A stretch of DNA of 63,166 nt, the filler included, from Octopus bimaculoides (Eukaryota): the NCBI RefSeq assembly GCF_001194135.2. It is 5 parts of 5 records of this genome, joined end to end, with 100 filler letters (N's around TTAATTAATTAA, not from the genome) between each part and the next. Parts side by side here need not be neighbours in the genome. Positions count along the whole stretch, not along the records: positions 35,352 to 58,696 come from NC_068984.1; positions 58,797 to 61,448 come from NW_026430746.1; positions 61,549 to 63,166 come from NW_026320015.1; 2 more parts are not named here. One strand, 5' to 3'. Positions 54,474-63,166 of this stretch are shown one piece after another. How positions within the stretch are numbered: position 1 is the stretch's first letter; the number at the start of each line of letters is the position of its first letter. Position numbers and translations under genes: made by a program. The notes beneath the pieces are model-generated. The model had not been told where the DNA came from. It saw nothing but the letters and a program-made list of their open reading frames with translations, and searched no databases.

Positions 54474-55740
54474 NNNNNNNNNNNNNNNNNNNNNNNNNNN
54501 NNNNNNNNNNNNNNNNNNNNNNNNNNNNNNNNNNNNNNNNNNNNNNNNNNNNNNNNNNNNNNNNNNNNNNNNNNNNNNNNNNNNNNNNNNNNNNNNNNNN
54601 NNNNNNNNNNNNNNNNNNNNNNNNNNNNNNNNNNNNNNNNNNNNNNNNNNNNNNNNNNNNNNNNNNNNNNNNNNNNNNNNNNNNNNNNNNNNNNNNNNNN
54701 NNNNNNNNNNNNNNNNNNNNNNNNNNNNNNNNNNNNNNNNNNNNNNNNNNNNNNNNNNNNNNNNNNNNNNNNNNNNNNNNNNNNNNNNNNNNNNNNNNNN
54801 NNNNNNNNNNNNNNNNNNNNNNNNNNNNNNNNNNNNNNNNNNNNNNNNNNTATATATATACATACATATATATATATATTGGAGCTGGCTCCTTGTAAAA
54901 AGGCACCCAGTACACACTATAAAGTGGTTGGCATTAGGAAGGGCATCCAGCCATAGAAACCATGCCAACACAGATAATGTATGGAGACTGGCGCAGTCCT
55001 CTGGCTTGCTAGCTCTGGTCAAGCCATCCAATGCATGCTAGCATAGAAAACAGATGTAAACGATAATGATGATGGTGATGTTGGTGAAAATGATGATATA
55101 TGTGTGTATGTATGTGTGAATGAATTTGTATTTCTCAAGTCTACAACATATGTTAGTTCACTGATTTGTAAACAATGGCTTCATTAATGGTGTTGTTTGC
55201 TTGCAGTCCACTGTGAAAGAATGTCCAGGATTCTTAATATGTTGTGAGATCATTGTAAACAAAAAGCTTGTTTCGGTGTTGGTTGTTTCTACTTCTCCAC
55301 ATGAACATGTCTGAACTGTTTGCTGTTCAATAGACTAGGAGATAATTACCTTACTTAGAAACAGTCAGTGGGGGTTGGCAACAAGAAGGACATGCGGTTG
55401 TAGAAAAAAACAAAAAAACTGACTCCAACATTCTCTTGTCTGATCCATGCAAGCATGGAAAAGTAGGTGTTAAAACGATGTTGACACTGATGGCAATAAA
55501 GATGATGAAGATGAATGATAATAACAATGATGTTGGTGACAATGATGATGAAGACGAAGATGATGATATGTAGAGCACTCTCCTGGCCATGGTGTCAATA
55601 TTCATAACCAGAGTCACAACATTCAGTATATCTCAGTATTATATTTTCATCGTTCTCAACATTACCAACTAGCAGTGATGAAAGAAGGGGTTAGGGTTTA
55701 AAAGGCTAAAATAGTCTTTTCTAAAATATTCATCAGTGAG

Positions 55741-56460
55741 TGAAGCAGTATTGATACCAAAAGGTAATGTTTATCCCCTCTTTAAAGGGGATGTTGAGTT
55801 AGAACACAGAATACTGCATTATTTACCATGTAAGAAACTATTATATTGGCTTTTGGTGCATATAAGCACTCTTGTTTACATAACTAGTGGGGAGATAAAC
55901 CACCTGCCTTTGTCATAACCAAGACAACTAGATCACATGATTTTGGCCTTCCCTGGCTTTTTCAATGTAGATGCTTGGACATTGGAAATAGCAGTGATAT
56001 CTCTGGTAGCAATATACATAGAACCACTGTGCCTAAATAGGCACCAAGGTTGCAAATAGCCAGCGAGCTTATTAAAAAATAATTATTAACAACAAAAGCA
56101 GTATCAATACCAAAAGGTAATATTTATCCCCACTTAAAAGTGGATGTTAGGTTAGAATGCAGAATACTCAGATAGTTACCATGAAATAACTCTCATATTG
56201 TCTTTCAGTGCATATAAGCACAATTGTTTCCATTGCTAGCAGGGAGATAAATCACCTGCCATCACCACCACTAAGACAACCAGATCCCATGATTTCAACC
56301 TTCCCTGGCTTTGTCAATGGTAGATGCTTGGATGGTAGAAATAGCAGTGATATCTCTGCTAACAATATACATAGAATCGCTGTGCCTAAACAAGTGCCAT
56401 TGTCGTGAATAGCCAGTGGACTTATTAAAAGATAATCATTAGCAGACAGAAGCAGTATTA
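55741..56460. repeat. Tandem duplication of a ~356-bp unit
   Basis: aagcagtat...ataccaaaaggtaat.tttatcccc starts near 55742 and 56096. Shared ttccctggcttt and aatagcagtgatatctctg blocks. A third start occurs near 56450. Confidence 0.9.
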
Positions 56461-57019
56461 TCTATCTTTTAGCCAGGTAGGAAAAGCAATGCTTCGGGGA
56501 CTCTTCATTGGAAGTTGTCATTGGATGAAGGAAGGAAGGAAGGAAGGAAGGAAGGAAAGAAGGAAGGAAGGAAGATGTCCTCAAGCTGGAACCCTGGTCC
56601 AGATGCTTGTCACAAAGTACTGTTCACCAATGCCAAACAAGGTACTAAGTAATGGTGATAAACCAGGCAATTAAATCTATCACCTGAATAGTATTAAGCC
56701 TATTACCTTGGCATTATGAGTCTATTACCTTTGCATTTTTTAGTTCAAATCCAAGCAGAGTTTGGATCCATAATGCAAAAAAGCTAGGACAAATCTATAT
56801 TTTCTAAACATTGCAATTAATTGATTTTACTTGCATTTGAGTAATCTCTTCAGCTTTTTTTTTTTTTTTTTTTTTTTCAATAAAATACTTTTACAGGGAA
56901 TTTTTGTCTAGCAATTTTAACTGATAAATGTCATTTAATCAAAATTTTTCGTTTCACTGGACATTACATATTCAAGTCTACTGTATTTCTATTCTTCAGA
57001 GGTAACTTCCCTCTGGCCA

Positions 57020-57151
57020 TATTGTTGACATTCATTATCATCATCATCATCATCACCACTACCACCATTACCATTGCTGTCCCCATCTCCCATCCTCATC
57101 CTCATCACTGTCATCATCTTCATCATTGTCATCGTTGTCATTGTTGTTATC

Positions 57152-57183
<32 letters not shown>

Positions 57184-57509
57184 CACCTCTATCATCATCA
57201 ATATCGTCATCATCATCATCACCACTATTGTCATCATCATAATCACCACTATCATCATCATTGTCATCATCATCACTATCATCATCACCAGTGCCTGCGG
57301 CAGCAGCAGCGGCGGCAGCAGCAGCGGCAGCAGCAGCAGCAGCACCACCACCACCACCACCATTGCCAACATCACTGTCATCACCATCGGCATGCTCATC
57401 ATCATTGTCATCATCATCATCATCATCATCATCATCGTCATCATCATAATCATCATCATCATCATCATCATCATCGTCCCATCCACCTCTATCATATTAA
57501 AACTTTTCC

Positions 57510-57592
<83 letters not shown>

Positions 57593-58205
57593 AACCCATG
57601 CTAGCAGGGAAAGCAGACGTTAAACGACGACGATGATGATGATGATATATATATATATTGATCCCTCCTATATATTAAATATGAAATCCCTACCATATTT
57701 CCCCTCAACCATATAGTTGATATCTACAAACATCATCGTTACATTTAACCTATTTCCATGTGTATTGATCACCTTATTAAATACATAAGACCCTAACACA
57801 TTTTCCTCGCAAACATGTTGTTTATGGTGATGATGATGATGACGAGGAGGAGGAGGAGGAGGAGGAGGATGGTCTATGGTGGAAGCAGCAGAAGCAGGGG
57901 CATCATCATCACCACCACCACCACCACCGCCACCGTCACTACTACATTGAAGCTATTTCTACATATATATTGATCCCTATATTACATGTATGAGACCCTA
58001 CCATATGCTCCCTCAACCATATTATAGATCACCATCACCATCATCATCCTCATCATCATCACCATTGCTATCATCATCATTATCATCACCACTACTGTTG
58101 CCGCCATCATCATTATCATCGTTACATTCAATTTACTTCCATTTACATATTAACCCCTATATTGTGAGACCCTAACGTATTTTCCCCCTCACCTGTATTG
58201 TAGAG

Positions 58206-58245
<40 letters not shown>

Positions 58246-58500
58246 GTCGTCGTCGTCGTCGTCGTCATCATCATCATCTTCATCATCATTATCAACACAA
58301 TTCTCATCTCCAACATCACCATCATGATCATGATGAAGATGATCACCATCTTCGTTGATGTCATCATCGTTGTCCTCGTCATCATCAACACTGTCATTAT
58401 TGCCAGCATCATCATCAACATCATCCTCATCACCACCATCACCATCGCTACCACTACTGTCATGATCATGATGAAGATGATCGTCATCATGGTTGTCCAT
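57020..58500. repeat. Cryptic (CAT/CAC/CAG)n low-complexity region with interspersed ~70-bp modules
   Basis: His/Ile/Asp/Met-rich ORFs in all frames. Module tattgatccc...gaccctac...ttccc recurs four times. Confidence 0.85.
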
Positions 58501-58796
58501 CATCACACTCAATCTATCTATATATATATATATGCTTTATTTAAAAGCAGCAGAAATATAACAAAAGACTGTTACTCTGAGTTTCACGTTCCTGTTCTGC
58601 TGCTTTTAAATAAAGCATATTACTCTACCTCTGGTATTTGAGTACTCTTTTTTCCACCTTGTTACACATTTTATGTGCTTACTCCGGTATATATATNNNN
58701 NNNNNNNNNNNNNNNNNNNNNNNNNNNNNNNNNNNNNNNNTTAATTAATTAANNNNNNNNNNNNNNNNNNNNNNNNNNNNNNNNNNNNNNNNNNNN

Positions 58797-58858
<62 letters not shown>

Positions 58859-59099
58859 TCTCTCTCTATCTCTCTCACGCTCTCATCCCTCACTTACTCT
58901 CCTCCTCTTTCATATTTAAACTTTAACTTGACTCACCTAATTCTACACACCTCGTATATTCTCGCCCGCCTCCCTCCACCTTCCTCTTCCTACTCCTCCT
59001 ATTTATCCTCCTCCTACTCGTCTTTCTCCCACTTCTCTCTCTATCTGTCTGTTGTCATAAGTTCGCATCACCTTAATATTTCATTTCTCATTTTCGTCA

Positions 59100-59193
59100 T
59101 AAGTTATCATTATCATCATCATCATTATTATTATTATCATCAATATTATTATTATTATTAATATTATTATTATTATTATTATTATTATCAATA

Positions 59194-59226
<33 letters not shown>

Positions 59227-59244
59227 ATATTATTTTTATTATTA

Positions 59245-59335
<91 letters not shown>

Positions 59336-59386
59336 CATCAATATTATTATTATTATTATCATCAATATTATTATTATTATTATCAA

Positions 59387-59431
<45 letters not shown>

Positions 59432-59460
59432 CATCAATATTATTATTATTATTATTATTA
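59100..59460. repeat. (ATT)n/(ATC)n microsatellite adjoining a gap
   Basis: Direct observation. Confidence 0.95.
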
Positions 59461-60229
59461 NNNNNNNNNNNNNNNNNNNNNNNNNNNNNNNNNNNNNNNN
59501 NNNNNNNNNNNNNNNNNNNNNNNNNNNNNNNNNNNNNNNNNNNNNNNNNNNNNNNNNNNNNNNNNNNNNNNNNNNNNNNNNNNNNNNNNNNNNNNNNNNN
59601 NNNNNNNNNNNNNNNNNNNNNNNNNNNNNNNNNNNNNNNNNNNNNNNNNNNNNNNNNNNNNNNNNNNNNNNNNNNNNNNNNNNNNNNNNNNNNNNNNNNN
59701 NNNNNNNNNNNNNNNNNNNNNNNNNNNNNNNNNNNNNNNNNNNNNNNNNNNNNNNNNNNNNNNNNNNNNNNNNNNNNNNNNNNNNNNNNNNNNNNNNNNN
59801 NNNNNNNNNNNNNNNNNNNNNNNNNNNNNNNNNNNNNNNNNNNNNNNNNNNNNNNNNNNNNNNNNNNNNNNNNNNNNNNNNNNNNNNNNNNNNNNNNNNN
59901 NNNNNNNNNNNNNNNNNNNNNNNNNNNNNNNNNNNNNNNNNNNNNNNNNNNNNNNNNNNNNNNNNNNNNNNNNNNNNNNNNNNNNNNNNNNNNNNNNNNN
60001 NNNNNNNNNNNNNNNNNNNNNNNNNNNNNNNNNNNNNNNNNNNNNNNNNNNNNNNNNNNNNNNNNNNNNNNNNNNNNGTCGTTATGGAAATGGCGGTGTG
60101 GTGGAGGAATCTCTAAGGATAAAGCGAACTAAATAATTCAACGTATTTTCGATTACCTCATTTTTTATATTTTAAGCCAATTACCTAAACGGTCGAGGTT
60201 AACGCAGACATTTGATCTTCTTTGGTATC

Positions 60230-60880
60230 GATGGATAACTAACCAGTTAGTTTGTGGAGTCGATAAAATAACTAGCAGTGAGTTTCTGGGGTCAATTAAA
60301 AAAAAACTACACTTTTACCCCCCCCCCCCCAAGTGTCAATGAAATAACTTGCAGTCAATTTCTGGAGTCAATTAAAAGTTAAACATTCGTTTTATTTTTC
60401 AGACTCGACGAAATAACTAAATAGTCAGTATCTGGAGTCTATTAATATGACCTTTAATTTGTATCTCCCTGGAGTCGATGAAATAACGAACAGCTTCTGG
60501 AGTCAATTTTTAAAAAACTACACTTTTTATCTACCTGGAATCAATGAAATAACTAACAGTCAGTTTCTGGAGTCGATAAAATAACTAACAGTGAGTCTAC
60601 ATATTTTATCTCTCAGGTGTCAATGAAATAACTTGCAGTCAGTTTCTGGAGTCAAATCGATTAAATAGTCAGTATCTGGAGTCTATTAAAATGACCTTTA
60701 ATTTGTACTGCCATGAAGCCGATGAAATAAGTAACAGTCAGCTTCTGGAGTCAACTGAAAAAATAAACTATACTTTTTATTTCCCATGAATCAATGAAAT
60801 AACTTACAGCTAGCTTCTGGAGTCTATTAAATAGACTCACACCGTTTATTTTCTCAGAGTCAATAAAATAATTTTCAATT
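60230..60880. repeat. Degenerate minisatellite (gaaataact...cagtcagtttctggagtc, more than 10 copies)
   Basis: ctggagtc-type core recurs every ~30-70 nt, with partial higher-order duplication (60333 vs 60617, 60418 vs 60663). Confidence 0.85.
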
Positions 60881-61401
60881 AAGATCTAGAATGAATCAGA
60901 GATTTGTTTACATCATTTGAAAATTTGTGTCGACCAAACAGAAAATTTCGTCTACAAGGCAGTTTTGTAATCATATTGATATTATCGAAAGGAATATGAT
61001 TCATAATTTAAATAAGGAAATTTGTGAACTTTGAATGTAGAAGAGTATAAACAAGAGTAAAATAGTGTAAACAACTAAAATAAAAATATATCTAAATAAT
61101 ATTTTTTCTTAATACTTTTTAATGTTGTGGTCGAAGGAAGCTGTGGCTTTCGTTAGGAGTGGTCCACATAACCATTCAGTTCGGGAGTGAATCGTCATCA
61201 CATGTCATTTAGTTGCAAACACATGTCGTATATCTGTAATAAAATGCTGTATCATCAACAATAATGTGATTTCTCTAAGACATCACCCAGTAATCTACCA
61301 ATTCCATTAACATATTCCTCAATACATAATGCTGTTAGGACTTCCCACCCCCCTCATTTTATGCCTCCATTGCTAGTAATGATAATAAAGAATGGGGAAA
61401 G

Positions 61402-61448
<47 letters not shown>

Positions 61449-62758
61449 NNNNNNNNNNNNNNNNNNNNNNNNNNNNNNNNNNNNNNNNNNNNTTAATTAA
61501 TTAANNNNNNNNNNNNNNNNNNNNNNNNNNNNNNNNNNNNNNNNNNNNCGTAGAGATAACACAACGAGTTGTACAATTTAATTATTACATTTATTATTGT
61601 GACTTTGCGACTGTCTAGTCTTGGGTTGACCAATAACTTGTAAGTGAAATCTAGCAGTAGGAAACAGTGGAAGCTTGTTGGCCGATACTCATTTACAGAT
61701 GAGCAAACTGGGGCAATGTGAAACGAAGTCTTTGCTTAAGGACACAATGTGCCAGCCGATCTAAGAATTGAACATACGACAATATGATATTGAGCCGAGT
61801 ACCCTGAGCTATAGACTTAATCTAGCTCAATCCAGTTTAATGTCAGCAGCAGCAGCGGCAGCGGCGGCGGCGGTAGCAGCGGCAGCACTACCAGCTGTTT
61901 ATCAGAAATTCTATGTCCTAAATAATGTCCTTGGCCACCTTGAGCGATGAACATTCTATTGTACTGCAAACATTTTAAGCAAGATTTCCAATGAAGATAA
62001 TTCCCTCTCTCTCCCTCAAAGATAGTACCTGTATCTCATTAAGCAATATTTCAGACGGTCTAATACGTTTCAATTTCATTGCTATCGGTTGAAGGTTTAT
62101 TAGTTTCAATAGATTAATCTTATCTCAAGACTAGTAGAACACTATTGACTAACAGCAATTTGTATCAAACGCACGCGCGCGTGTGTATGAGAAATTGCAG
62201 CAATAAACCTCTATTCTGAATTTACATAACGGATTTTCAAAGCTGGTGAAGCACAAGCTATTTTTCTGTTCTTAACAACCAACGTGTAATTCTCTCCCTT
62301 TAATTTCTCCTTCCTCTGTCACACGCCTACTTTCGCTGCCCTCTCGATCACTCACTCTCTCACTTTTCACCTCTTGCCCTTGCTCTCTCTCTCCCTCCTG
62401 CTCCGACGCTCTCTTGTCTGTTCATCCTCTCTAGATTGTGTAGAGCTTCCTCTATCTTTTATCTGTTTCAGCCATTAGGTGCAGGGGCATCTCCTTGAAG
62501 AATCTTTTGTCGAATGAATCGACCCCAGTACTTTTATATACTTATTTATTTATTTTTTTTTTTGTTAAGCCTGGTACTTATTCTAGCGGGCTCTTTTGCC
62601 GAACCGTTATGGGGACGTAAGTACACCAATACCGGTTGTCAAGCGATGGCGGGGTACAAACACAGATACAAAGACACACACTCACATGCACGCATACATA
62701 CATACATACATACATACATACATACATACATACATACATACATACATACATACAAATA

Positions 62759-63166
62759 TCAGGCTGAGTAAAAAGTAAGCAACGTTTTGAAACATAAAAT
62801 TCTTCTCAATATATTTCAACAATGCGGAAATTTTATTCATCAAAATAAGTACCATTACAATCAACCCATTTTTGCCAACGAGTTACAAGTTTGCTTATTC
62901 GATTTGATTTTTGAACTCCTTCTCTCGCAGGAAACCATCAAGGTGCTTGAAAAAGTGGTACTCGGTTGGAGAAAGGTCTGAGGAATAAGCTGGGTGGGGA
63001 AGAACTCCGTGGCCAAGTTCCTTCAACTTCTGGAGTGTCATTAGTGAAACGTGTGGTCGAGTATTGTCATGAAGAATGATTGGCCCTTTTCTGTTGACCA
63101 GTCTGGGACGGAGGAATAACAGTTTTTCGTTCATTTTGGTAATTTCATGGCAATATGTTTCTGCAG
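62759..63166 (-). mobile_element. Mariner (DD34D family, SETMAR/Hsmar-like) transposon 3' half, truncated by the window end
   Basis: ILHDNTRPHV...LPHPAYSSDLSPTEYHFF and C-terminal KLVTRWQKWVDCNGTYFDE*. TA at 62757-62758 next to a TIR-like tcaggctgagtaaaaag. The last catalytic D appears as E and there is an internal deletion, so this is a dead copy. Confidence 0.9.

Noticed and set aside
1929-54956. Dozens of long ORFs rich in YI/HT/CV/LS/RE or X
   Set aside because: Translations of (TA)n, (CA)n, (CT)n, (TATC)n microsatellites and N-gaps.
56989-58641. Poly-His, poly-Asp, poly-Met and poly-Ala ORFs
   Set aside because: Trinucleotide low-complexity DNA open in several frames on both strands, with no splice or domain support.
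60230-60880. CRISPR-like repeat-spacer appearance (also 49510-49860 and 57650-58200)
   Set aside because: Eukaryotic context, no cas genes, degenerate repeats, and spacers that are irregular and mutually related.
61843-61890. GC-rich (GCA/GCG)n poly-Ala stretch as a coding exon
   Set aside because: No splice sites or flanking coding signal. A similar tract occurs at 57295 in low-complexity DNA.

Overview
AT-rich, microsatellite-saturated metazoan genomic DNA with many N-gaps. The SINE families and repeat landscape suggest an Octopus draft assembly (inference). It is almost all intronic or intergenic. The only host coding sequence I can identify is a 119-bp minus-strand exon (48197-48315) of junctophilin, encoding the helical 'ARxxAxExAPxFxQPG' segment. 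Its MORN-repeat and C-terminal TM exons are not visible here. The rest is tRNA-derived SINEs, RTE-tailed SINEs, decayed LINEs (RTE, L1/Tx1, probably I and CR1/L2), two mariner remnants, a probable hAT MITE and several local tandem arrays. The most interesting signal is four different type I hammerhead-ribozyme (HHR) motifs of the minimal Penelope/retrozyme type, each with its own palindromic stem III. One is part of a ~459-bp monomer that forms a ~373-bp near-perfect inverted repeat in the presumed junctophilin intron, oriented so a read-through transcript always makes the antisense arm before the ribozyme. Another lies downstream of a tRNA-like Pol III head. A block at ~38-58.7 kb shows strong CpG decay, consistent with a fossil gene-body methylation domain. 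Nearly all ORF-track entries are microsatellite or gap artefacts. All alignments and folds were done by eye.
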